Below, piece by piece: positions 9,281 to 19,004 of a stretch of DNA of 64,000 bases. Made by a program: the position numbers and the translations under genes. The DNA lies in assembly GCA_016182915.1 (NCBI GenBank), contig JACPFP010000003.1, positions 187,685 to 251,684 of the forward strand, in the 5' to 3' direction. Source of the stretch: Candidatus Dojkabacteria bacterium. GTDB taxonomy: Bacteria > Patescibacteriota > Dojkabacteria > SC72. Below the pieces are notes generated by a model. That model was not told the origin of the DNA, made no database searches, and worked only from the letters and a program-made list of their open reading frames with translations. Every line of letters begins with the position of its first letter. Positions within the stretch are counted from its first letter, which is position 1.

Positions 9281-9316
9281 TTAATAACCCACCCTACAAT
9301 TAGGATGGGTTATTAA
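9281..9316. terminator. hairpin terminator downstream of the 9326 gene
   Basis: ttaataaccca..tgggttattaa inverted repeat. Confidence 0.65.
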
Positions 9317-9325
9317 TTTTAAATC

Positions 9326-10542
9326 CTAGTTATCTTTCCTATTCCCCTCTGCGTTCTCACTGCTTACTACCCAACTTACACAATCTCCTTGATTTCTAAA
9401 TACTACAGATGAGAAGCTTCTCCAACCATCTGATTTACACATATCTTTAGATGTTGGGAACTCTGGTTCAACAACTGGTTCCTCAAGTGTAAACTCACTA
9501 GTTAGTCTTATACCTGCTTCACCTGCATCTTCAGCTGGATTATAAATAAAGCAGTACATTCCTGGGTCCATTGCAGACATATCACCTGTAAAGGAGAATG
9601 TCTGGTTTGCTGGGTCTGTACTATCAATTGTGGCAACATCTGTCTTACCATCTACATTACCAAATACTGTATTTGTACCTGCTGCACATGTTCCCTGCCT
9701 TACAGCCCATTGTATAGAATCGACCTCATCATCAGTTAGGAATGCTGTAAAATCAACCATACCTGATACGGTAGATCCTGGCAATGGAGAGGTTATTTCC
9801 GCAGATCTTACAACAGGTTCCTCAGCTTCAACTCTAAATGCTGGAAGATATCCTCCCCAACATCCTGCATCTAATCTAAATGTTCCAGTTCCTAAGTTTG
9901 AATCACAGTATGCACCACCCCATGTAGAATTCAAATATGCATCCATCGCAGTTGGCATTGGAGTCCCAACGGAAGCTGCAGGACTAGTTCCTACATTCAG
10001 TGAGTCATAACCACAACCTCCATCTTCTGTGTAGCAAGGAGCATCATTTCCTAAAGGTGCAAGTCCATAGTGTGAAGTGTTATATGCAACGCCAATTATA
10101 AATTGATCTGGAAGTACTACCCCAACAAACTCTGCACTTATCTCAACTGCATAACCGTTAAAACAAGTTTCTCCATTATACCAACCACCTGAAGTACATT
10201 CAGGATCCGTTGATGGTCTATATGGTATGTCGTATGATTGTGTGTTGGTAGCTATTAATGTTCCAACCGTATTATCTGGTCCTACATTATATAGGTTTAT
10301 GGTAATTGGATGAGAGAGTTAACTCTCTCAGTACCAACTAATGAGACCTGTCCTCCAAACTCACTTGTAGAGGTAGCTTCAAATCCAAGGCTTGGTACAT
10401 TACCTGGAAGTGGATCTGGAATACTGTTATATACTACTGCAGAGGCCGCTTCTACCACTCCTGTCACCTTCGGTAGTACATACCCTCCTAGTGCTACTAG
10501 GAATGTAGCTACTACAGCTACAATAAGTAATCTTCTAAACAT
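9326..10542 (-). pseudogene. frameshifted secreted Cys-rich / Ig-like surface protein
   Basis: ORF 10297..10542 (signal peptide) continues in another frame as ..SHPITINLYNVG..CYTEDGGCGYDSLNVG.. without stops into ORF 9326..9958; junction at 10311-10330. Confidence 0.8.
10311..10330. repeat. perfect 20-bp palindrome at the frameshift junction
   Basis: tgagagagtt|aactctctca. Confidence 0.95.
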
Positions 10543-10566
10543 GTTAAATAGATTAAAAAGTTAAAT

Positions 10567-10662
10567 AAAAAAACCAGCCCCTAGGCTGGATATACAGATA
10601 AATTATGTCTTCATTAAGTTTGACATACACTCAATGGTACTCACTTTCCTTAGCCAAGTCAA
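10567..10662 (-). promoter_or_regulatory. promoter, mini-uORF and terminator in the leader of the surface-protein gene
   Basis: TTGACT-17-TACCAT (10662-10634), uORF MSNLMKT* (10626-10603), CCAGCC-tagg-GGCTGG-T7 (10589-10567). Confidence 0.55.
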
Positions 10663-10705
10663 CCCTATAGAAAGATTGTAACACAGGGATAAAAGATACG
10701 AGGTT

Positions 10706-10794
10706 TGGTGCCGAGGACAGGACTTGAACCTGCAAGGGATTTAACTCCCACTACCACCTCAAGGTAGCGTGTCTGCCAATTTCACCACCTCGGC
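10706..10794 (-). tRNA. tRNA-Leu(GAG)
   Basis: Reverse complement GCCGAGGTGGTGAAATTGGCAGACACG CTACC TT GAG GT GGTAG, long variable arm, GTTCAAGTC, CTCGGCACCA. Confidence 0.97.
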
Positions 10795-10886
10795 TAATTC
10801 AATACTCTCGTATTCTACCAAAAACAATTGCATCCAACAATAATTTAAGGTAATAATATAACTGAATAACTTAAATATAATAACAG

Positions 10887-11735
10887 ATGAACAGTACAAA
10901 AGCTAAAATGACGCTCATGATCGGAGCAGGAGTGGCATTAGGATTGATCTTGATCTCCTCCACCCTATATTCCATCAACTACGGGACCATTGGTGTGGTT
11001 ACAAGGTTTGGAGAGATTGTAGGGAACCCTGCAAAACCAGGATTACATATGAAAATACCTTTTGTAGATAGAGTATTGGTGTATAGAACCCAGAAGATTA
11101 TATACGAAACACTTGCTGCAGATGTATTAGCAAACAGCAACTCAAATGCAAACTACCAAGACTATGCTATAGATACTACAACCAAAGATGGACAGCAGAT
11201 ATCAGTTAGGTATACGGTTAGGTTCTCAATAAATCCAGCAAAGGTGAAGGAGATTGCAGAGAGACTCGGAACTGAATCAGAGGTTGTAGAGAAGATTGTA
11301 AAGACAGATTCAAGAATATGGGCAAGAAATATGCCAAGAAGCTTCTCTGCTTTGGATCTCTATACAGGTAATATCCAGGAGGTGTCAGAACAGATTGCAG
11401 AGAAGTTGAAACCGAGCTTTGAAGAAAATGGAATCATTCTTGATGAGTTCGGTATTAGATCAATCTCATTCCAGGAGGAGTATGTAAATACAATTGAACA
11501 GAAACAGATTGAGAAAGAGAAGATTGCTACGGAGGAGTATAAGGCTCAACAGGAAGATTTCAAGAAGAAAGCCTTAATCACCAAATCACAGGGTGAAGCT
11601 GAGGCACAGAGACTACAGCAAGCAACCTTAAGTGATAATCTAATCAAGAAGTTATACCTAGAGAAGTGGAATGGAATACTTCCAGAGGTTATGACAGGCA
11701 CAAACTCTAGTTTCATATTAGATTTGAATAAGTAA
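10887..11735 (+). CDS. SPFH/prohibitin (band 7) family protein
   Basis: N-terminal TM, GVVTRFG..PGLHMKIPFVD, TKDGQ, coiled coil, EKWNG.LP. Confidence 0.9.
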   Translation: MNSTKAKMTLMIGAGVALGLILISSTLYSINYGTIGVVTRFGEIVGNPAKPGLHMKIPFVDRVLVYRTQKIIYETLAADVLANSNSNANYQDYAIDTTTKDGQQISVRYTVRFSINPAKVKEIAERLGTESEVVEKIVKTDSRIWARNMPRSFSALDLYTGNIQEVSEQIAEKLKPSFEENGIILDEFGIRSISFQEEYVNTIEQKQIEKEKIATEEYKAQQEDFKKKALITKSQGEAEAQRLQQATLSDNLIKKLYLEKWNGILPEVMTGTNSSFILDLNK

Positions 11736-11753
11736 TATAGATAACTGCCCAAT

Positions 11754-13031
11754 ATGATAATAAAGAGTGTAAAAGCTATTGAGATTCTGGATTCCCGTGG
11801 ATACCCTACCATCTCTACAAAAGTAACGTTTGATAACGGGACTTGGGCAAAGGGAGAAGTTCCTTCAGGAGCATCAACAGGTGATACAGAAGTTTTGGAG
11901 CTTAGAGACGGAGATAAATCTAGATATAGAGGGAAGGGGGTACTCAAAGCTGTAGAAACTGTTAATAATCAGATTGCCAAGGAATTAGTAGGAAAGAATT
12001 TTCAGACACAAGAGGAGTTCGACAAATTCCTCATAAAACTTGACGGAACAAAACTTAAAAACAACCTAGGTGGTAATAGTATTCTTTCGCTCTCTATGGC
12101 TTTCTGTAGAGCAACTGCACTTGAGAAAGCAATTCCCCTATACGAGTACTTCGCCAAACTCTACACTAAAGACAACTATCATAAGTCTGATTTAAAGATG
12201 CCAAATCCTATGATTCTTGTTATGGAGGGTGGACTGCATGGCAACTGGGCCACAGATTTCCAGGAGTATATGGTAGTTCCTGATGAATTTAGATTTGTAA
12301 ATTTCAAGGAGAAACTTAGAGCTAGTGCAGAGATATTCCATGCTATTCACGATATCCTTGTAAAGAAGAAGTATAGTGCAAACGTTGGGTTTGAAGGAGC
12401 ATACGCCCCTAGCGAATTACAATCAAATAAGGAGGCTTTTGACATTATCCTCGAGGGCATTGAGAAGGCAGGATATAAGCCATATATTGATTTTAGGCTT
12501 GCAATTGATGTTGCTGCTTCCGAATTCTATGATGATAAAAAGGATAAGTATGTATTAAGAAGAGAAGGTCTTGAGCTAGGGAGAACTGATTGGTTAGAAA
12601 AACAGTTAGAATGGTTTAAAGAGTATCCAATGTTCTCAATAGAAGATACATTCGATCAGGAGGACTGGGTGGGTTGGCAGTATCTAATGAGAAAAGTTGG
12701 AGACAAGTATCAGATTGTAGGTGACGATCTTCTAACTACCAATGTTGAAAGAATAACCAAGGGTATTAATCTTAAGGCTATGAATGCCGTCCTTATAAAG
12801 TTAAATCAAATTGGTACTGTGACTGAAACAATTGATGCAATCAGATTAACACATGAGGCGGGAATGAAGGCCGTAATATCTCATAGAGGAGGAGAGACAA
12901 ATGATGATATGATTGCAGATCTAGTAGTTGGTACAGGAGCAAGCCAGAGTAAGTTTGGGGGACCAGATAGAGGTGAGAGGCTTGCTAAATACAATAGACT
13001 ATTAGAGATAGAGAGTGAATTAAACATATAA
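11754..13031 (+). CDS. eno: enolase (divergent)
   Basis: EILDSRG.PT, PSGASTG, VGDDL..TN, LIKLNQIGT, SHR.GET, ERLAKYN. Confidence 0.95.
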   Translation: MIIKSVKAIEILDSRGYPTISTKVTFDNGTWAKGEVPSGASTGDTEVLELRDGDKSRYRGKGVLKAVETVNNQIAKELVGKNFQTQEEFDKFLIKLDGTKLKNNLGGNSILSLSMAFCRATALEKAIPLYEYFAKLYTKDNYHKSDLKMPNPMILVMEGGLHGNWATDFQEYMVVPDEFRFVNFKEKLRASAEIFHAIHDILVKKKYSANVGFEGAYAPSELQSNKEAFDIILEGIEKAGYKPYIDFRLAIDVAASEFYDDKKDKYVLRREGLELGRTDWLEKQLEWFKEYPMFSIEDTFDQEDWVGWQYLMRKVGDKYQIVGDDLLTTNVERITKGINLKAMNAVLIKLNQIGTVTETIDAIRLTHEAGMKAVISHRGGETNDDMIADLVVGTGASQSKFGGPDRGERLAKYNRLLEIESELNI

Positions 13032-13053
13032 ACTAACTTAATTGCATAAACAA

Positions 13054-13569
13054 ATGGGAATACCTACATTTGAGAGTACAGCAATATCATTAAATGATGC
13101 GGTTCTAAAGTTCGTACCAATAGAGCACTTAGGAAGCGAAGATTATAGAGGGATGAAAGGAGCACTGGGAGAGATTAGAGAATATTTAGAGACATACCCC
13201 AATGAATTAAAAGGTCCAAGTATTATTGGTGATAAAAATTTTAGAAATATAGTAGAAGACATAGCTGGTGGAAAAAGTGAATACTTCACTAAACTATACG
13301 CTTTCGCTACTAAATACCCCAAGCAAGAGATTAAGGATTTGAAACGTGATGAATTTAATATGGTAATAGAAATAGAAACTCGAAATCCAGGTGAGGCTAT
13401 TAGAATAGGGAGAATGAATCCAGCCACATTCAGTGGAGAGTCAGACTCAAAAACATATGGAATCGCTTACGTGAAAGATGGAAAAGTAATTTCTGGTATA
13501 GCGGCTTCACCAAGAACTGGTGGATATTTAGGAACTTCGGTAGGTGCGGAAATTACAATAAAAGAGTAA
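13054..13569 (+). CDS. hypothetical protein
   Basis: ORF following eno; ATG at 13054 preferred over TTG at 13042. Confidence 0.65.
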   Translation: MGIPTFESTAISLNDAVLKFVPIEHLGSEDYRGMKGALGEIREYLETYPNELKGPSIIGDKNFRNIVEDIAGGKSEYFTKLYAFATKYPKQEIKDLKRDEFNMVIEIETRNPGEAIRIGRMNPATFSGESDSKTYGIAYVKDGKVISGIAASPRTGGYLGTSVGAEITIKE

Positions 13570-13616
13570 CACTAAAGTTTACAAACCAACAAGGACATTA
13601 AGGATTAAACGAATTA

Positions 13617-15434
13617 TTAATCTCTATATGAATTTGCCTGTGTATTATATGCATTGGCATATACACCATTAAGTTCCATTAGTTTTCTATGACTACCCTC
13701 CTCCACTATCCTACCCTCTTTCATTACAACAATCCTATCTGCCTTCTTCACAGTAGAGAAGCGATGAGAAATTATAACCACAGTCTTTGACTTTAATTCC
13801 TCGAATAGATTACTAAAAATCTTCGACTCAGAGATTGAGTCCAATGCTGAAGTGGGCTCATCAAGAATTATAACTGGGGGATTTCTATACAAGAATCTCG
13901 CAATTGCGATTTTTTGCCACTGACCTCCACTAGGAGAAACTCCATTTGTAAACTTAGGATCAAGGATTTGTTTCAGACCAAACTCATAACCTTGAACAAA
14001 GGTGTCGGCATCTGCGAGTTTCAAGGCTGACTTAATTCGTTTATCTTCGACACCATTTAGTGAGATATTTGAAGCCAGACTGATATGTCCATAAGTATTA
14101 AAGGATTGTAGTAACATGCCTATATTTTTATACCAGGAATCCATAGATATTTTATTTATATCAACTCCATCAAGTAGGATTTCACCCTTAGTAACAGGGT
14201 AGAAGCCTAAAAGAATATTCATTAGAGTAGACTTACCTGCTCCATTTTCCCCAACAATTGCAACTTTCTCCCCTGGTTCGATAGTTAAGTTTAGATTTCT
14301 AATAACCGTCTTTTTTCCATTAGGATATGCAAAGCTGACATTCTTAAACTCAATCAAAGGCCTATGATCCCTCTCCATCTTAACAAGCTCCACGGTATCA
14401 TCATCCGCAATATTCATCGCTTCCAGTTTCATAGGATCTTTAAGACGCTCCCCACCCTCCCCAACTGCAACCACCATTCCCATGAATTCTTTTAGATTGG
14501 AAATAAAGGATTGGCTGGCAATTATGTAGAATGTTAACTCTCCAATTGTAATATCTCCACTCAAGTATGACTGTAGGGTGATATAGATTAATCCTGAAAA
14601 AGCAACTAGAAGAAGAATTTCAAATACAACAGCAATTGCAGACCTTTTGTACCTCATCTTAAGCAATGTATCATAATACCAAGTATGGAAGTTTTTATAC
14701 TTGTCTATGAAAAATCTGAAAGAGTCAGTCATAATTATCTCCTTAAGAGTTTCTACATTTGATATAACCCCAAAGTGGCGAGAGGAGATCCTTTTATTTT
14801 CCGTATGAAGAATACCAAACTGCCAATCTCTTTTAAGTTCACTACTGTAGAAGAACATTCTAATGAGAGTTACAACAATTATGATCAGTGATATCTGCCA
14901 GGAGACCTGGAAAACTATAACTGAAGAGACCACTGCCGTAACAAACTTAGCCAGTGTAATTGCAATCTTATTCGTTGAATCCCAGAGACTACCGTAAGAG
15001 TCATTAACTCGGTAAACTAAGTTGGCTATATTTGGATCCTCCAACCTCCTTATCCCTAGATTACGAATCTTTCTTACAAAGTAATTTGAGTACTCAAACT
15101 TACTTAGAGATTGGAATGCATTATCAAATCTGCTCCAAACGCTTCCAATAACAAGTGATATGAAAGTAAAGAGGAGAAACCATAGCGTTTTTTCTGTAAT
15201 TTGAGAAATATTTTTGGAGATAACGGCATCAATGAATGTTGCCCAATAAAAGGCATATATAACTCTTTCGACAGAAGTAAAAACGGTTACAATATTTTTA
15301 GCAAAAACTAATCCAGGAAATAGTTTAAAATTTAGTCTATAACTCCAGAGTATGTACTTAACGATATCAATAAGGGATGTTTTCAAACTATTCTCTCCCT
15401 CATCTAGGCGTGTTAGTGTAGGATTTAGAATCAT
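13617..15434 (-). CDS. ABC exporter, fused permease/ATPase
   Basis: TM domain plus GENGAGKST, SGGQWQKIAIAR, LDEPTSALD, ISHRFSTV. Confidence 0.92.
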   Translation of the reverse strand: MILNPTLTRLDEGENSLKTSLIDIVKYILWSYRLNFKLFPGLVFAKNIVTVFTSVERVIYAFYWATFIDAVISKNISQITEKTLWFLLFTFISLVIGSVWSRFDNAFQSLSKFEYSNYFVRKIRNLGIRRLEDPNIANLVYRVNDSYGSLWDSTNKIAITLAKFVTAVVSSVIVFQVSWQISLIIIVVTLIRMFFYSSELKRDWQFGILHTENKRISSRHFGVISNVETLKEIIMTDSFRFFIDKYKNFHTWYYDTLLKMRYKRSAIAVVFEILLLVAFSGLIYITLQSYLSGDITIGELTFYIIASQSFISNLKEFMGMVVAVGEGGERLKDPMKLEAMNIADDDTVELVKMERDHRPLIEFKNVSFAYPNGKKTVIRNLNLTIEPGEKVAIVGENGAGKSTLMNILLGFYPVTKGEILLDGVDINKISMDSWYKNIGMLLQSFNTYGHISLASNISLNGVEDKRIKSALKLADADTFVQGYEFGLKQILDPKFTNGVSPSGGQWQKIAIARFLYRNPPVIILDEPTSALDSISESKIFSNLFEELKSKTVVIISHRFSTVKKADRIVVMKEGRIVEEGSHRKLMELNGVYANAYNTQANSYRD

Positions 15435-15524
15435 GGTTATACTAATTAGAACTAGTTGTTAACTATTATCGTAACAGATATAATTATACCACTCCCCCAA
15501 TTAGATAATTACTTTTGTATTTAT

Positions 15525-15995
15525 ATGTTCCCTTTCAACTTATTTAGAACGAAAGATACGGTTCCAACGGAAGAAAATGAGGAGAAGTTCCGAGCATTTA
15601 TAGCTGAGTTTAAAACTGCAATCTCTGCAGTACGTTCGGAGCTATATCAATACGAAGGAATTTTGAATGATATAGAACACTTCCCAATTCTTAAGGAGAA
15701 ACTAGATAACCCAGATCTCTACAATTATCTATTCACAATGGCTTGGATATTCGAACAGAATCACCAAAGACTACTTGAAGAGAAGCATGTTGAAGATCAG
15801 ATGCTGAAAAGAGGTATAAACATGACGTGTGAGTGGATAGAATATAAAGAGATCGTTAACGGGGCAATGCAGGTATGTTTCTACGATAGTGATGGGCATT
15901 ATGTTTTCGAAACTATAATATATATGGACGAAAGTCGGGCGGTGTTAGAGATTAATCCACCAGATGAAGGTCATGAAGCAATAATTCTTTTATAG
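15525..15995 (+). CDS. hypothetical protein
   Basis: Acidic ORF; ATG at 15525 preferred. Confidence 0.6.
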   Translation: MFPFNLFRTKDTVPTEENEEKFRAFIAEFKTAISAVRSELYQYEGILNDIEHFPILKEKLDNPDLYNYLFTMAWIFEQNHQRLLEEKHVEDQMLKRGINMTCEWIEYKEIVNGAMQVCFYDSDGHYVFETIIYMDESRAVLEINPPDEGHEAIILL

Positions 15996-17069
15996 ACTCA
16001 ACCTTGGATCCCTATCAACATTCTCGATTTCAGCTAATGTTGTGATAACCTCTCCTCTTTGTACAGAATAGTAGCCTGCAATACATATCATCCCTGCATT
16101 ATCACTTCTATAATCTCCTTTTGGATATAGATATCTCAAACCCCTATACTTAACAATCTTCCCGATACTTCTTAAAATATACTCACTACTGAATACTCCA
16201 CCTCCTACAAATACACTTTTAACTTCAGGGTACTTTTCGATTGCCATTTCTAGTTTAATAACTACAGATCTCTCTATAGAGTTAACAAAAGATCTACATA
16301 AATCGTATACCCACTCCTTCTGTGGTATATCTTTCTCCTTAAACTCCTTAATTTTATAAAGCACTGCAGTCTTCAAACCCGAGTAACTAAAATTAAGATC
16401 CTTGGATCTCTCAAGCGGGATTGGAAGAGGTATAACCCCAACCTTTCCTCTCTTTGCAAACTCCGATACAACAGGTCCACCAGGATACCCGAAATCTAAC
16501 ATCCTACCAACTTTATCAAAGGCCTCACCGGCAGCGTCATCCAATGTTAAACCCAACTTTCTATACTGTCCAAATCCCTCAACGTATATAATTTCGGTAT
16601 GTTTACCGGACATTAGTAGTCCTAAGGCTGGAAAGAGGTCTTCAAGCTCTTCATTTGCCACTAATCCTACCCCTTTACTGTTTAGTGTAAGGGAGGAGAG
16701 AAGATGCCCTTCCATATGGTTGACTGCTATTAAAGGTTTGTCGTATTTCCTACACAACTCTTTAGCAAAAGTAATGCCAACCTCAAGGTCGATAGCAAGT
16801 CCAGGTCCCTTTGTGACAGCGACATAATCAACATCTTGAATTGATACTTTCGCTTTTTTAAGAACCTCTTCATACACACCTTGGATATTCTCTTCATGAG
16901 CCCTTTTTGCAATCATAGGAACTACTCCTCCCCATTCTCTGTGGATCTCAACTTGTGTGGCTCTGATACTAGATAGCACTCTTCTACCAACAGATATGGC
17001 AATGGATGTTTCATCACAACTGGTATCAATTCCCAATATTGTGGGTTCTTTTTCCCTCATAATATTCAT
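15990..17069 (-). CDS. tsaD: tRNA t6A threonylcarbamoyltransferase TsaD
   Basis: LGIDTSCDET, GGVVP, HMEGH, DDAAGEAFDK, FSYSGLKTA, SDNAGMI; start set 6 nt after TATAAT. Confidence 0.96.
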   Translation of the reverse strand: MNIMREKEPTILGIDTSCDETSIAISVGRRVLSSIRATQVEIHREWGGVVPMIAKRAHEENIQGVYEEVLKKAKVSIQDVDYVAVTKGPGLAIDLEVGITFAKELCRKYDKPLIAVNHMEGHLLSSLTLNSKGVGLVANEELEDLFPALGLLMSGKHTEIIYVEGFGQYRKLGLTLDDAAGEAFDKVGRMLDFGYPGGPVVSEFAKRGKVGVIPLPIPLERSKDLNFSYSGLKTAVLYKIKEFKEKDIPQKEWVYDLCRSFVNSIERSVVIKLEMAIEKYPEVKSVFVGGGVFSSEYILRSIGKIVKYRGLRYLYPKGDYRSDNAGMICIAGYYSVQRGEVITTLAEIENVDRDPRLSL

Positions 17070-17122
17070 GCGATTATTATAGCACAATAGACAGAAGACT
17101 CCGCCCTATAGTATAATGAAAG

Positions 17123-17470
17123 ATGAATTGTCCCTACTCTAGTTGTCCCTTTAATATAAGGGAAACCTGTACACCACACGACAATAAAGGCTACATATCA
17201 TACAGTGAGGCGGTTTATATTCTTGATCAATGCGAGAACCCAGAGTTACACATAAGAGCTCTATCAATGCTCAATTTTATAGCAATATCTCACTACAGGA
17301 CACTTAGTGATTTGAATGGTCAGATCCCATTTCTTTACCTTGAAAAAGATATTTGTGATTATATGCTCGACGAAAGAGAAGATTACCTCCTCCCCGATTC
17401 TCCCATCTGGCTATCACTGTTTAAAGGGGAAGAGTACCTTTTAGATTTTATTAGTGATGACGTTAGTTAG
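17123..17470 (+). CDS. hypothetical protein
   Basis: 115-aa ORF with N-terminal Cys cluster; TATAAT 5 nt upstream. Confidence 0.6.
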   Translation: MNCPYSSCPFNIRETCTPHDNKGYISYSEAVYILDQCENPELHIRALSMLNFIAISHYRTLSDLNGQIPFLYLEKDICDYMLDEREDYLLPDSPIWLSLFKGEEYLLDFISDDVS

Positions 17471-18569
17471 TCTCGTACACAGAGATCTCCCTTTCTTCAA
17501 AGGATAGATATTTGAAGTTAACTTTTACTATCTGTCCTCCATATTCTTTTACAATCTTTTCAAGTTCATTGTAGTACTTATCTGCCCACTCTATAACTAC
17601 AATATCAGATTTTTCCAAGTACTCTTGTAATCCAGATCTTTCAAACTCATTACTATCCTGTATTCTCCATGTGTCCATATGGGCAAGAGTTCTATCTTTT
17701 CCATTATCAGTGTATTTATACTCATTAATTATTGTATAGGTAGGGGAATTAACAACATCCTCAACCTTAAGATAGTTACCAACTCCCTTCGTAAACTGGG
17801 TTTTTCCGGCTCCAAGCTCACCACTGAGAGCAAATACTAGAGGTCCGTTAGTATGTCTCTCTGTAAAGACTCGAGTTATTTCCTCTCCAAAAGCAATAGT
17901 TTCATCAGGAGTTTTAGTTATAAGGGTTGAATATAGCTTAGACTTCTTAATAGCCTGTTCAAACTCAATCTTTCCTTCCCTCAATACCTGGAGACTGTTC
18001 ATTGTAGTATCAAGGACTGTTGATGGAATATTCTTTGGAAGCTCACCTGCATCAATTATCAAGTCAACAGACTCAAAACTCTTCTTGGGGGTTAGTTTAA
18101 GATACTGCTCAATGCTGTATGGAACAGGTTTATATGAGACATTAGCAGAGGTAGCGGTTATTGGCTTTCCAAAAGCTTTAACAATCTCTATAGGGATACT
18201 GTGGTCTGGTATTCTAATACCAATAGTTCCAAATTCGGATTCAACTCCTTTTGCAACTCCTCCCTTGCTTGTAGAGACAACGGTTACTGGCCCCGGCAGA
18301 TAGTTTTTATACAAGTTATCTGCCATTTCATTTATATCTACATACCTACTGGCCATTTCCTTATCGGTAACGGCCATTGAGAAAGGTTTTTGTCCTCTAA
18401 ACCCTTTATACTCGTATAGCATATCAACGGCTTTCTGATTGGTTGCGTCAACGGCAATTCCATAGCATGTTTCAGTTGGATATATAACAGAGCCACCAGC
18501 TTTAAGTACCTTAACAGATTTAATTACTATTTCTTCTAGATTACCCCCTGTTACTTTTATAATCTCCAT
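17463..18569 (-). CDS. tsaC-tsaE: TsaC (YrdC/Sua5-N) fused to TsaE (YjeE) ATPase
   Basis: N-half YPTETCYG, KGFR..KP, PGPVT, GIRIPDH, TSAN; C-half GELGAGKT, SPTYTI, HMD.WR, IEWAD. Confidence 0.92.
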   Translation of the reverse strand: MEIIKVTGGNLEEIVIKSVKVLKAGGSVIYPTETCYGIAVDATNQKAVDMLYEYKGFRGQKPFSMAVTDKEMASRYVDINEMADNLYKNYLPGPVTVVSTSKGGVAKGVESEFGTIGIRIPDHSIPIEIVKAFGKPITATSANVSYKPVPYSIEQYLKLTPKKSFESVDLIIDAGELPKNIPSTVLDTTMNSLQVLREGKIEFEQAIKKSKLYSTLITKTPDETIAFGEEITRVFTERHTNGPLVFALSGELGAGKTQFTKGVGNYLKVEDVVNSPTYTIINEYKYTDNGKDRTLAHMDTWRIQDSNEFERSGLQEYLEKSDIVVIEWADKYYNELEKIVKEYGGQIVKVNFKYLSFEEREISVYETN

Positions 18570-18656
18570 GTGTATACTATGGTGTATTGACTAGAACACA
18601 TTCTAAATGTAGAATATGTTCTTGAATATATAAATAATCTAAATTATACCACTTAC

Positions 18657-18983
18657 ATGGAAAACCTAGCAGTTACAGACAGTACTTTTGAGCAGAACGT
18701 TCTAAATAGCAAAGGATTAGTTATGGTAGATTTTTGGGCAGCATGGTGCATGCCTTGTTTAATACTTGGACCAATAATTGAAGAGATTGCACATGAGAAA
18801 AAAGACTCAGTTAAGGTTCTGAAGTTGAATGTTGATGAGAATCCTCAGACTTCAATGAAATATCAGGTAATGAGTATTCCAACCGTTATGCTTTTCAAAG
18901 ATGGAAAACCTGTTGAAACTTTCATAGGAGTGCAGCCTAAGGCTGTATACGAAAGGGCAGTAGAGATTCATTCAGGGAAATAG
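18657..18983 (+). CDS. trxA: thioredoxin
   Basis: VDFWAAWCMPC, NVDENP, SIPT. Confidence 0.95.
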   Translation: MENLAVTDSTFEQNVLNSKGLVMVDFWAAWCMPCLILGPIIEEIAHEKKDSVKVLKLNVDENPQTSMKYQVMSIPTVMLFKDGKPVETFIGVQPKAVYERAVEIHSGK

Positions 18984-19004
18984 ACATATTAGTGAATTAA
19001 AAAT

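Noticed and set aside
18657-18983. Thioredoxin WCMPC instead of WCGPC
   Set aside because: Common natural variant; not informative
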